A DNA stretch of 64,000 nucleotides from the NCBI RefSeq assembly GCF_009914755.1, contig NC_060933.1; one strand, written 5' to 3'. The stretch comes from the human T2T-CHM13v2.0 reference genome, Homo sapiens. Shown here one piece after another: positions 29,863 to 42,995 of the stretch. The position numbers and the translations under genes were made by a program. The notes under the pieces are model-generated. The model saw nothing but the letters and a program-made list of their open reading frames with translations. It did no database searches and was not told the origin of the DNA. Numbering within the stretch: the stretch's first letter is position 1; every line of letters begins with the position of its first letter.

Positions 29863-31971
29863 GAGAAGGGGAGAAATCTTACATTACTATTTACTCATAT
29901 CACCTAGCACTTTCTATTGAACATAAGAAACACCCATTAATGTTTCATAATCAATTCTATTCATGTGATTTTTGCCTCAAAACACATTTATATTTTCCTG
30001 GACAGTGAGTATTTATGAACCTAGATATGACCAAACCTCAGAGTTTTGAATTTTGAAATCTGATCTTTATTTTAAAAGCATTTGTATTACTATGTGCAAT
30101 ATTAATAGTTATCATAGTTTTAATTCAGACATATATGGTGTTTGCTCTTTTTTAGTATTTAGATTCTGATTTAGCCTATAGGCATCTTGTCTTTGTAATG
30201 CCAAGAGTATTTCAGCTCTGATCTATGTGCAGAATACTATATTAAATAAAAAGAAACACATTCATGAGATAAGCACCATTCATGAAGAAGAATGGCAATG
30301 AAATGAATACCCATAAATGGCAAGAGCCGTACATGTGGGAAAATACTGGTATAAACTTAGAATATCGATTGGCATTTCTCCAACCACATGTTATACAGGC
30401 TGATATTATCTGAGAAAGATAAAATTGTATCTAAGAAAGATAAAGTTGTATGCTTTTTCTTTATTACAAACTTTATTAACATATGCTTTGATGAACTTCA
30501 AATATCTTATAATTAAACATTTTTTATTATCTGGTTGTTTTCATTTGTGGATTTTGTTCCCTCAGTGTCCCATATCCCATAATTTTATCCAAGGTATCCA
30601 CAATCTATCTCATTAGCCAGACCGTTACTGGGCTCTTGTCCCAGGACTTAAAAGTAATATTGAGAATGGGACTGGACCCCTTAACTTTGAGAAAAGAAGG
30701 TTTTTATTCTTGTCTGCAATCTCTTCCCATTAGCTAATACATTCTTTTCAAGGAACAGATCTGGAAACTTGCCATTTTGAATGTTACACTTGGGATTACA
30801 GTAATTTACAGTTTTTACTAATGTTTTGCTTACTGGTATAGGTCTATATCTATAATATGTTTATGTGATTCTTGAAAGCCTAAATGAAGTCCATTTGGTA
30901 GGATTTAAGAATGGAATTTTGACTATCTGATTTGTCTTTCCAGTAATAAAGATTTGAATCCTTGCTCTAAAATGGATATAAAGCTGAAATAATATAAGGT
31001 AACATTTGCTGAAATAAAAGCTTGGTTGACCTTTTTGACTTCATTTTAAAACTGTGTGAGCCCTCTAATTGCTCTGTTAGCATTTCTGGCGGGGGTTATA
31101 TCAATGCATTATCTCAATATTATTTGTTGTACTATGCTGTCTATATTTACCACAATGTTATTTTTGACATTAATGTACCACACAAAAAATAAGTAGGAAA
31201 GAACAGGTCATTTTTGCAAATGCACAGTAATTTGTTAGCTTCTATGAATTATGTATCAGTCTGGCTGTGGTTTTTATTAGAATTTGTAGATTCAGGGAAC
31301 AAATGCCTCATTAAATTTTAAAAAATGCTTTTCTGTACTTATTCTCTACAATAAGTTTTTTTAACATATAAGGCAGTGACAATAATGTAAGATTATAGAC
31401 TATTTTTAAAAAACATATTTATTTAAATCATAGCCTGGTTTCATGTAAGTGCTGAACTCTGATTTAGGGGCCCTGGGTCTTAGTTTAGGCCTGTTACTAA
31501 TCGTGTATCATTCATAGAATGTGTAGGTAATTCTCTTCTTGGCCTTAAGTTTGCTTATGTGAAAAGGAAAATGGTAGCTAATTTATAAGTGATGTAGTGT
31601 GCCTCAGTCCAAAACAAAGATAGGCTTTGAAGACAAATTTGTGTTTATACCTTTTTCTGGCATGTGTTACTTGCACAAACTTGAGTGAGTTTTTACTTTT
31701 TGAGTATCCATTTCCTCATCTGTAAATTTGACTAAGGTATGTCTATCATTATAAGAAATAAATCAAAATGAGACAATATCTAATTATATCCTATATCTGA
31801 TGGATTTCCATTATTCACTATTAAAATTTCTCTTATAATTCTTTCTGGCTGATACACATGTAATACTGATAACAGCAAACACAAAGAGAAATTACTATGT
31901 GCCAAGTTTAAGGTTATGTAGTTTACATACTTTACATCATTTAGTCCTCATAACAACCTAATGAAGTAGTA

Positions 31972-32195
31972 ACTATGTGTTTTTTATTTTATTTGTAAAA
32001 ATTTATGGGTACAAGTGTAATTCTGTTACATGGATAGATTGCAGATTGGTAAGTCTGAGCTTTTAGTATATCCTAACCATCCTACTATGTGTTTTTTATT
32101 TTATTTGTAAAAATTTATGGGTACAAGTGTAATTTCGTTACATGGATAGATTGCAGATTGGGAAGTCTGAGCTTTTAGTGTATCCTAAACATCCT
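31972..32195. repeat. 112-bp tandem duplication (31972-32083 and 32084-32195)
   Basis: Two near-identical units with about 5 mismatches. Confidence 0.95.
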
Positions 32196-32854
32196 GAACA
32201 TTGTACCCATTAAGTAATTTCTCATCATTCACTCCCTTCACATCCACTGTCCCCACTCTGTCTATTATTCTACATTCTATATCCATGTATACACATTTTT
32301 TAGCTCTGACTTATAAGTGAAACATGCAGTATTTGTCTTTCTGTATCTGACTTGTTTTACTTAAGAAAATGATCTATAGTTCCATTCGTGGTGCTGATTT
32401 TATTCCTTTATATGGCTAAATAGTATTCCACTGTGCATATATACCATATTTTCTTTATCCAGTCATCCACTGATGAGCATTTAATTGATTCCATATGTTT
32501 GCTATTGTGAATAGTGCTGCAATAAATATATGGGTGCAGGTATCTTTTGATATAATTATTAATTTTGCTGTTAGTAGATATCCAGTAGTGGAATTGTTGG
32601 ATCAAATGGCAGTTCTAGTTTTAGTTCTTTAAGAAATCTCCATATTGCTTTCCACAGAGATTTTACTAATTTACAATCCCACTAACAGTGTATCAGTGTT
32701 CCCTTTACTGTGCATCTTCGCCAACAACTGTTTTTTTTTCTTTTTACTAATAGCCATTCTGACTGATGTAAGATGATCTCTCATTGTGATTTTAATTTGC
32801 ATTTCACTGATGATTAGTGATGTTGAGCATTTTTTCATATGCCTGTTGGCTTGC
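31976..32854 (-). mobile_element. L1MA 3' fragment inserted into a MIR
   Basis: Reverse L1 3' end; TSD AGTAGTAACTA at 31965-31975 and 32855-32865; MIR-like sequence on both sides. Confidence 0.9.
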
Positions 32855-33607
32855 AGTAGTAACTAACATTTAAACTTAAGTTAATTACCCAAATTTATTC
32901 AACTGGCAAGTAGCAGAGCTGGGAGTTGCACATTCAAAATCTGGATCTAGAGTCCATGCTCTTAGTTGTTACGCTGTGCTGACAACCATACACAGTCCAT
33001 TTACCACATATTAACATAAACTTTGTTTCTAATTCTTAATTCTACACTTTATATTAGAAATAGGGTGTAAATAACAGTCGGGAAACCTGACTTTTGGATT
33101 TAGCCTGTCAATCACAAGCTACAACATGTAACCGCTCTGGCTGACTCTCACCATTTGGAAATCATCGTTATATTTGCCCTCTCAGCCTCAAGATTCTATT
33201 TAAAGAAAATGAGAGAGAGAAAATTAAAATAATTTTTGTGGTTGTTTTATAACACGAAAATGATTGTTACAAAATGATTGTTATAAAACAATATCAAAAT
33301 GAAGAATTTGCACCTTCAGTTATGAAGTCAGTTACACAACTCGACAATAAATCAGTAAATAAATAAGTAACCCTTGTTTCCTTCTTAATTATGATAACCC
33401 TATTAGTAACACTCATACAAACAAGTTGGTTACACAATGGTGAGGGAAATGAACATTTATTTAGCAGCTAGATTTTATGGAACTTTGAGTCATATTCATA
33501 ACATATTACCAGGTCTATATTCTCCCTCGAGAAACTAACTTGCTAAGTGGCTAAGTTTCATCCATTAGGAAGGGATAGACTCAGGATTTGCACTCCAATC
33601 TCTTCTA

Positions 33608-33905
33608 TTTTTTTTTTTTTCTTCTAGAGACAGGGTCTTCCCCTGTCACCCAAGCTGGAATGCAGTGGTGCCATGATAGCTCACTGCAACCTAGAACTCC
33701 TGGACTCAAGCATCTTCCCTCCTTAGCCCCTTGAGTAGCTGGTAGTACAGGTGTGCACCACCGTATTCAGCTACTTTTTTTCTTTTGTATAGGGGAGGTC
33801 TCACTATATTTCCCAGGCTGGTCTTGAACTCCTGGCCTCAAGTAATCTCCTACATTAACTTCCCCACATGCTGGAATTACAAGCGTGAGCCACTGTGCCC
33901 AGACC
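33608..33905 (-). mobile_element. AluJ
   Basis: Poly-T followed by a diverged reverse Alu. Confidence 0.9.
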
Positions 33906-36295
33906 CCCATATCTTCTCTTTATATAAACAAACTCTGCAGCCTCTTTCAGGTAGCATCAGGAGAAGACTATGATATTAAACTTAACTTGAAGAAAACTTT
34001 TCAAGAGCAAACTGGAGTTACATTTTGCCTATCGAAGTTAGATGAACTTTTATTCTTAAAATATATTTTAGAGAAGTTGAATGTTTCTCATCTTATATCA
34101 GGATCAAAAATAAAACAAAATTCAAAGAAGAAAAGACCATTTCAAATATTTTATAACTTGTCAATATGCTTCCAATCCAGAAATTTTATGGAATTGGTTT
34201 CTGAGTTTTGCCCAACATTTATCATCTTTGTTTGACATATACCGTTAAAACTAAAGGAAGGTATAAGGGGTATTTCCAGCAATAAGGAGAAATAAAAAGA
34301 GCAGAGTAAAAATAGAAGGGAAATAAGTGAGATGACAAATATAAAGCATAATGCATAAAAGGAGAATTTTTAAGTGATCAAAAGAGGTGAAGCTTGGGCA
34401 AAACAAAATTAATTATCTTTTTTTAGGAGCTTAAAATTCTTTTAAATTTTAAAATTGACTGTGGAAGTTGCAAGGATAAAGGCAAGTTGTAAGGATAGGA
34501 ACATGGTCTATATAAGATTCATTTGCCTTTTCTCCCTTATTATTAAGAAGTTTTGATGGCTTTATAAATTATCTCATTTAACTAGTGGATTTCTTGCTCA
34601 AGGATTATATTTCAAAGAATACATTAGGATGATGACTGCGTGCCAGAAATAAAAATCTGATATTACAGAAAAATAGTGATGCTTTAAAATGTATGGAATG
34701 CAGTCTCTATTTCAGTCTTATTATTATTTCTTATTTTATTTGTAATAGAACTTTCAAATCAGTGAAAAATGTTAAACAACATCTTGGATCCAATTTGTGG
34801 TTCAAGAGGCTGCCGCAAAAAATGTCCTCCTGGCTTTAAAAAATGATCATATTCATTAGTTTTGACGTAAAAAAAGTTCTGAAACACTTCTGAATCATTA
34901 GCAATGTATGATGTCTGGTATCAAGCATAATTTATAATGTAGGAAATAAGATCAAGGAAGGAAGTAAAAGGAATAAATAATTTGGCAAAATTGAAATCCA
35001 AAAGCAGTGGAGAACATGGCGCCCAGATAAGTAAAGATTGACTTGTTGGACACACATCTGCATCTGTTCACCCCAGAAATATGGTGTCCTAGGTCTTTGA
35101 CACCTAGACTAATTGAAGAGTTTACTCAGCTATGGACTATATTGTTCAGGAGTACCTTGAATACTAGTAGGTTTAACCACGTGACATCACTGATATTTGA
35201 CACATTTTGACCAGCAAAATAGTCAATTCTATACTGTACAGACTGGATAGAATGAAACCTGCTTATAAAAAGTATTTTTTATTCTAGCTTGAATGAAGTG
35301 GGAAAGCAGAGTCAGAAACAATCTACACCCACTCAAAATGGAAAGATGTTGATTTAGTATATTACAAGAAGACATCATATACTCAAAAAAAATGAATTAC
35401 TCTCTTTCTCTATCATACAAAAGAAAACAATTCAATTTTTGGATTCTTCATAAAACAATAAACCAACAACCATGACACTTAAAACACTCTTGCTGAGGTT
35501 TCACTGAGTCTATGCCAACTGCAGCATGTTTTTGAAAAGAAATGATTAGTTATCATGGTCTATATAAATCAGTTCTGTTCTCCTTTAAAAAAATGTGCAC
35601 ATTCTGACTTAATTTTAGATAGCTGCCCTGTAGGAACGGAAAAAAAAAAATGTAATTGTTTGGTGGTAGCAGTAAGTGATCAGAAGTAACCATCTGCAAA
35701 AACACACTTTAGCTTAAGGAAATGTGCCTTGGGGAGATACCACAGCATATCCAATCCCATTGTAGAACTCAGCAAGAAGAGTTTGCTTTCTTTCAGAGTC
35801 TCGTCCTACTTAAAAAGTGTAATTGAAGAGACCAGCTGCTAAGTTGCAAGGCCTGATAGAATAGTAGTTACACTACTCAACCGAAATGTTTGCTAATACT
35901 AGGAATGACTTCTAGTTTTAATCCTCCAAAAGGATGCTAAAACATGGTTTACGGGAAACATGAGAAATGTAATACAAGGCAAAACATGCTACTTTGATTA
36001 TCTCAGACATAATAAATGGGCTAATTTGTACTTTAAAAGCTTCCTGTAGCGCACTCTGTATTGACTACTTTGAATTTCAGCCATCTTTCCATATCAGCTT
36101 TGGAAGCTCTCAGGGCTATAGCCATTTGTTCAGATCAGGTCTGTCTTCAGTAGATAAGTCTCTCAGGTAATTTGGAGCAAAAGGGGAAAATGTAATGCTT
36201 TTTATGGTCTAAAAGTAGGAAATATCTCCTGCCCAATTAATTAATGCTATTCTTTTTTATGTATTATTTAAGATTTGTTTTATTTTCTCATATAG

Positions 36296-36391
36296 GTGGA
36301 CTCCAATGGCAGCATCAAGATGTTCTCCCAGTTGTACTCGGAAAGATATGCTTCTGAGGGGAAAGCTATTTTTTTCCTAAATGCATATTAG
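36296..36391 (+). pseudogene. Candidate exon (phase 2 to 2; WTPMAASRCSPSCTRKDMLL), ending at 36358 (GG instead of GT) or 36391 (in-frame TAA)
   Basis: Strong acceptor ttttattttctcatatAG; both the 63-nt and 96-nt versions preserve frame. Confidence 0.4.
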
Positions 36392-37329
36392 GTAAAAAGT
36401 GTGTGTCAGAGATAAAAGTATGCTGATTAAGACCCTAGTCTTGGGGCAATTAGACTTGCATCACAGTCTCCCAACTCTATTTGCTAATTGTTTAATAAAT
36501 TCTCTATACCGTAATTTATTATCTTGATGGATTAACAACAGTAACACCATCTTAGAATTTTTAAGAAGAATAAATGGGATTATACATATAAAATGATGAG
36601 CACACTATCAGGACCACAGATGTTTGTGTTGTTGCTTTTATTTAGGTTTATCCACACTGTCCTCCTACCTCCATAAGGACACAGTAAAGTCTTCCGGATT
36701 AGAAGTGAAGAAAAATTAAATAGAACTTTTATTTATTGAAAATTTATCTCAAGTGTCCTGTTTCAAACTGAAATGACAGTGTTTATTTAAATCACAAGAA
36801 ACTCAATTTTAGTTGGTAAACTTAAGTTTTTCCCACTAACCGCCAATGTAGAAGGGAAAAAAATAGGTGCATTATAGAGTATTAACGAGTCTTATTTTAT
36901 TAGCACATCCAAGTTTGTCACTGTTAAATTTATGTCACCTCCTTTCACTTAAATGGGATATTGTCATTTATTCAGAAAATAGGTACAGACTTTTCTGCAT
37001 ATTTACTGGAAAATTCTATGTGCAATGAAAATTAGACTCAAATGTGATCTCTGAGTTTATGTTCTAGTTAGAGAATAAGACATACACACATTCATCCATC
37101 CAAATTAAAGTACATATGGAAAGAAAGATATAACTTTAATACAAAAGAGGCACCAACATTGAAAACCGATATCATACAAATGATCCACAGAACTAAGGTA
37201 TTCATAAAAAAGTAGTTAACACTATTGTTTTGGCTAAACCTAAAAAACAAAAGTTTGTAACCAAAAATTGATGCAAGACTGGATACATAGTTACATAGTA
37301 TGAAGTGCCAGTGCAAAATAAAAATAGAG

Positions 37330-37482
37330 AGTTCCTTGTTCAAAAATCATTTAAAATTTCAAGATGGCATTTATAATTTCAAGATGGCAACCTTCAAGAA
37401 GAAGGTTAAACCAAGTACGGACCCTTCTGAGCACAGGGCTCTAGGCGACTGCATGTTTCAGACACATAAAGTAGGTCCAGCA
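37330..37482. mobile_element. MER45-like hAT fossil
   Basis: cccttctgagcacagggctct...gcgactgca terminal motif. Confidence 0.5.
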
Positions 37483-37551
37483 TTGAGCAGAATTAAGATA
37501 AGGCCTTTTTAGCTAGAGAAGAAGGCAGCATGGGATATTTCAGGGAGGGAA

Positions 37552-38060
37552 TGATATCAGTTTGGGTCCTCTGAGAAGCAGACATGGAGACAAAGTTAGA
37601 TGTACAAGAGCTTTATAGATGGGAGTTAGGGGAGTGGAGGATAATGCCTGTGAAAGATAAAGTGGGAGAAATCAGTACTGAGCAGGGAACCCTTCAGATT
37701 GTGAAGAAGATCTGACATTTGTGGAAGGAAAGAAGAGAGAAAGAAAATTTGGGGAAGGAGAGGTCTGAATGTAATTCACATCTGAGAAAGTCTCAGCCAA
37801 ACCAATGGAGAGTTCCAAAGTAGATGGCTCATTCAAGGGTTCCCAAGTTGCTTGAAAATGGCCAAGGCCTAGTAGCTCTTCCATGCTTACTCATTGGCTG
37901 GGGGCTTCCTGGGGGGAGGCATGACATTGACTCTAATGCTGTGACAGGTGCTGAATGTGCTGTGTAGTTGAAGGCTGCCAGCTAACAGCTCTCCTTGCAG
38001 CACAACAGCATGATCTATTATGAAAGGAAATCTGACCAGTGCATGTCTACAGGCATCACA
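37552..38060. mobile_element. Old ERVL LTR (LTR16-like, tentative)
   Basis: tcagtttgggtcctctgagaagcagac...tcattggctgggggc. Confidence 0.5.
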
Positions 38061-38878
38061 GAGTGCAGAACTTTTCTGAGTGGGGAAGAATTAAAGAAGG
38101 AATTTCAACTTCAAACTTTGTTTCAACTTCAGTAAAAATCCCTTATATTTATCCATTACTTTATGATTTTCAAATCCTTTCACATTCATATTTCTAACTT
38201 CACCATAAAAGTATTTGTTGACAAAATGTTTAAAAGTAAATGCATTAGCTTGAGGTTGCTCTTTGACTCTATTCTACATTTTCCAGCTGACAGAATGACA
38301 ATGCTGGGAGATGGTCATGTTCTATTCAGAGTACTGCTTTGCCATTTCCTTTATCAAATTATGCTATCCTGAAGATTCCTTTTACATGAATTATACATAT
38401 GTGCAAATTTCAGCAAATTTCAGCAGGAAGGTAATTTAGAAATTGCCCAATCTACATTCTCAAAAAAAAGTTTTCCTCTCTCTCACCTTATAATCAAGAC
38501 TAATCTTGTGGTTAAAAATAATTTTAAAGGTTACCTAATGCATTCATTCATGTAATCATTTAGTGTGCATCAGATACTGTGCTAGACACTAGAGATAAAA
38601 TGATAAAAAGTAACACACAGCCCCTCACTTCTAGTACAGTGATTTTTAAACTTCAGTTTGTATAATAATTATTGCAAAATCCATTAAAAATACAGATTCC
38701 TGGGCCTCACCTTCAGAGATATTATTTAGCAAATCAAAGATCTGACTCGTGAATCTGTGATTATCAGAAACATCCCAAGGACTTTTGTAAATATAGCTCT
38801 CAGGAAATTGTTTGAATACTCTTTGTTGTTAATTGAAGGAGAAAGACATTTAAAAAGATAGCAATTTAGTTAATATTA

Positions 38879-39472
38879 TGTGTGGTAGGCTGAACCGTGG
38901 CCCCCAAAGATGTCCATGTCCTAGTCACTGGAAGCTGTATGTCATTTTACATGACAAAGGGGACTTTACAGTTGTGATTAAATTGATCATCTCAAAATGG
39001 GAAGATTGTTCTGGCTTATCTGGATGGGCTCAATGCAACCACAAGGGTTCTGATAAGTTGGAGACAATTGTGTTAGCATCAGACAGGAAGATACAATTAC
39101 AGAAGCAGAGGATCTGAGTTGAAGAGGGATTTGAAGAAACTGTTGTTGGCTTTGAAGGTGGAGAAAGGAGTCAGGAGCCCAAAATGCAGTTGGCCTCTAA
39201 ACACTGGAAAAGCTAAGGAGACAGATTCTTACCCCACTATATTCCCCTAAGGCGTAGGCCTTGATAAGACCTTGATTTTGGCACAAATGAAGCCCAATTA
39301 GGACTTCTTTTTTTCTTTCCTTTTTTTTTTTTTTTTTAACATTTATATTGTTTTTCCTCAGGTTGAACCATTTAGCACTTCTGACATTGAGAAATATAAG
39401 ATAATAAATTTGTGTTGTTTTAAGCCACTAAGATTTTGTAATTTGTTACAGCAGCAATAGGAAATCAATGCA
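38879..39472 (+). mobile_element. MLT1D solo LTR carrying a small insertion
   Basis: tgtgtggtaggctgaa...ggcccccaaagatgtcc to gttacagcagcaataggaaa. Confidence 0.9.
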
Positions 39473-39684
39473 TCATATAATAGAAATACATAAAGCAGAA
39501 TGTGGCTATGGAGAAGGGAATACTTGACTGATTTCAAAGAACTCAGAAAGACTGTATTTTGCATGTGTGGAATGAACAAACTTCAGAAATTTCAAAGTAA
39601 AAAAATTGAAAACATTAAATCTTGGAGGCATTGGCATCATTAGGGGGACAAAATAGTGTAAATGCAATTCCAGTTGAGGAAATG

Positions 39685-40272
39685 TTTATAAAGGGTGGAG
39701 GAGGAGAGAATTTCCTTTTTGCCCTCTGAAGTTTTGCAAAAAAAAAAAAAAGAAAAAAAAAGGCAGATTAATTGGTTCTATAAAAGACATATAGATTTAT
39801 TTTTGATCACAGTTTTATGTAATACAGGAGCCTTCAGAATGAAGACCCAATCTCCCAGTCGGGTGTAGAAGCTTATAGAGCATCTTGATGTTACAGGAAG
39901 AATGGAGGCTCAGAGCATGGCCAAAAACAGGGTTATGTCAGTAAATTAGGATTTAGTGACAACATAGGTTACAGGAGGGAGAGGAGAGGAAATTTGACTA
40001 GCAAAGGTGGTCTTGTTATGGTAAATGAAACCTCAGAGGGAGTAGATGGCAAATGTCTCCTTTAGATCTTTAAAGGTGTCAGATTCCTAGTTGTTCTTTC
40101 CTAGATCCAGACAAGGAAAGGCCTCACTACTTTAATGTAGATTCTTTACAAATACAAATTATCCCCAAAAGACAGCTTTCAAGGACCATTTCTTGTGCTG
40201 GCCCTCTGACAGCCAACTCAAAATATGTCAAATAAATATATTTTAGGGTAAAATGTTTTGATTTTTTTTCAC
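39685..40272 (-). mobile_element. MER34/MER39-family LTR
   Basis: ggcagattaattgg...gacagccaactcaaaatatgtcaaa...tattttagggtaaaat. Confidence 0.6.
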
Positions 40273-40769
40273 TGGGCACTTTGGAGGTATCGTAGGTTGA
40301 TTGCAGAGGCATAGAATGCATGCAAATAGGCAGGAAAAGTAGACAGGGGCCAACTTAAGAGAGATTTGAATAATGTGTTAAATATTTTGCTTTTAATTTA
40401 TCTGGAAGAGAACACAATAGAAAGAGTTCAAATATTAGGACAACAGGGTCATAGTTGTGCTATAATTATGGACCCTGGAAGCCATCTGGACAATGGCTGA
40501 AATAGATTAAATAATGTCGGAGCTTTCCAGGTGAAAAATGTATAGGATTAAGACACTCTTGGTGAAGATTCAGAGAAGCAGGTTTAATTTGCACTTTCAG
40601 ACACTAAAAACTAAAAAGATCATGAGATGTCTTTCCCGACATGTGAGAAACAAAGTGACCCATTCTCAACTATAAGGTACAAAACATTTTTACGATGAAT
40701 TTTAAATTTCTTCCTTGGTGTTCTGATTGCAAAGTTCTAGATACATTGATCAATCCCGAACTTTATTCA

Positions 40770-40799
40770 GTGTGTGTGAGTGTGTGTGTGTGTGTGTGT
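40770..40799. repeat. (TG)n microsatellite
   Basis: Seen directly. Confidence 0.95.
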
Positions 40800-40937
40800 A
40801 AGAGACAGCATGCTTATATATGCACACACATTTATTTTTATCTGTTGCTTTAACATATTTAGTCTATTTGTTGGATTAGAGAAAATAAAAGTGTAACCAA
40901 ATCATGAGCCAGTGGCTTGCAGTATGCAGGATTCAAT

Positions 40938-41644
40938 TGCTACAGTAGTTAGCTAGTCAGACAGGAACGGGGCAGAAGAGAACCCTTACCCACAACCAGG
41001 AATGTCAGCTGACCATCAGGTGATGGTTAGGCACTTGTTAACTATCTCTCTAAAAGAATAATTGGGCACAGCTGGCACCAGGGAAGGGCCGTCTCCCAAT
41101 AGATAAGAAAAACCTGAAGCTGGTGGTCATTAGCTTCCTATTAAGATCTCAGGAGCTGGGTGAGTGGGCTCACACATATGCACTGAGAGGCAAAATTATG
41201 GTGTTTCACTGGTATATGACCTCCTAAGATGTTGGGCTGCTAATGGAAGAATGCCTCAAGTGAGCATGCGTACAACTCCTGTAAACACACTGCACATGCT
41301 CCCCTCCAAAGTACTAGCAGGCCACTGTGCATGCGGACAGCACACCCCAAGGGAAGAATCAGGGGAAAAGGAATACAAGACCCTGGTAGTATGCCAACGT
41401 ACAAAACCCCAAGTCAAATGGTCAAACCACACATTTAATCTCTCAAGTCTCCTGCTTGGCCCTCTTCCAAAGTGTACTTTACTCTCTTTTTCATTTCTGC
41501 TCTGAAGCTTTTTAATAAACTTTCATTCCTGCTCTAAAACTTGCCTCAGTCTCTTCTTCTGCCTTATGCCCCGCAGTCACATTCCTTCTGAGGGGGCAAG
41601 AATTGAGGTTGCTGCAGACCTGTACGGATTTGCCCCCAATCACA
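40938..41644 (+). mobile_element. MER50 solo LTR
   Basis: TG...CA ends, 4-bp TSD CAAT, AATAAA at 41514-41519, MER50-like start (gtagttagctagtcag). Confidence 0.85.
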
Positions 41645-41659
41645 CAATGAACATGAGTG

Positions 41660-42202
41660 AGGTCTGGTATACAGAAAGTAATTTATTTCCAAAGCTAGCT
41701 AAGGTGAAGACACACAAGTGTCTCACCTTTAAATATACCACTTCACCTTTAGAGCCGAAAGTGGGCATTTTTGAAAGACAGGAGAGCAAGTGACCAAGGG
41801 GTCAGGGGGTCACTTGTTAGCTCTGGTGTCTAATCTACTGAACATAGAGCTGGTGACTGCTGGTGCCTTTGATGGCAGGACTAAGCTGAAAACTCCCCAC
41901 ATGTGAAGGAGTTTCATAGAAACTGGCTTTTATTTCCGGCAACAACTCTCGGTGGGTGAAAGTCCCAAGGCAACCCCCTGGAGGGTGAGAGTTCCATGTT
42001 TTAGTCTGCAAACTGACTGTTAACTCTCAAAGAGAGATCTGTCTTGGAGCACGTAGATGAAATTGCCCCATAGGCAGTGTTTGTTGAAGGGGAAGCAAAA
42101 GGTTATCTTTACATTTCTAAAGGGCTAAGTAGGAAGTAGGGAATGAGAAAATAAGAGAAAGAGAAAAAAAAATGTCTTAGAAAAATGGGAGTATTCAGTT
42201 AT
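41660..42202 (-). mobile_element. ERV1-like LTR, subfamily unassigned
   Basis: tttatt reverse poly(A) signal near the left end and LTR-like composition. Confidence 0.45.
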
Positions 42203-42319
42203 AAAAGGAAATATTAGGAAGATAGAATGGACAGAATTGGTAAGATAGATTTCAAATGTGAGAAAGTAAAATACAGGACACAGATATTTTGATTTTCTTT
42301 TGTTTTTCTATTTTTGGAG

Positions 42320-42995
42320 CTCAGAAGACAATATCCTAAAATGAAGGCAGCAGCAGCAGCAGCAGCCTGGGAAACAAAAGTTCTTCTCTGATCTTCCCCT
42401 GCCTTCCGTTCTCCAACCCCTCCCTGATTGCCCCCCAATCCCTGACACAGAAACTAAAATCCCTCTTCCCCAAGCGAGAACATAGAAACCCTTTTTCCTA
42501 AAAGCCAGCCATAAAACCTAAAAATATTCTATGTAAAAACTGGCCATAACAGGAGCTCAAGGGAAGCCTGGGCAACATAGCCAGACCCCATCTCTACAAA
42601 ATAAAAATTAAAAATTAGCCAAGCTCTGCATGCCTGTAGCCCTGCTACTTGGGAGGAAAAGGTGGCAGAATCTCTTATGATCAAGAGTTTGAGGCCACAA
42701 AGAGCCATGATTGTGCTTCTGCATTCCAGCCTGGGCGAGAGAGCAAGACCCTGTCTCTGAAACAAAAATTAAAGAAAACTGGTCGTAAAGAAATTATCTG
42801 ACCTACTTTGTTTGATTATAGGTCGTTTAGACCCCTATTCCAGAGAGGAACCTGCCCTATACTCAGAAGGAAGAATGGATGCCTAGAGAGGACAAGAAGA
42901 ATCTAGACATACTAGATGTGCTGGGTTTCTCCACTCAGTCTATTAGCATTAGCTCATACTCTTCTTGTCCAATAATATTTCTACAGAGCTGTATT
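42320..42995 (+). mobile_element. MER39-like LTR containing a 5'-truncated AluJ (42550-42775) and a (CAG)6 run
   Basis: Alu flanked by TSD aaaactggccataa/aaaactggtcgtaa; LTR motif aaagaaattatctgacctac. Confidence 0.65.

Noticed and set aside
35177-35185. CCACGTGAC E-box
   Set aside because: An isolated short motif with no supporting promoter or CpG context.
41164-41793. 113-aa and 75-aa ORFs
   Set aside because: They lie mostly within the MER50 LTR and show no recognisable protein features.
42348-42367. (CAG)6 / poly-Ala ORF
   Set aside because: Short repeat inside an LTR with no coding context.
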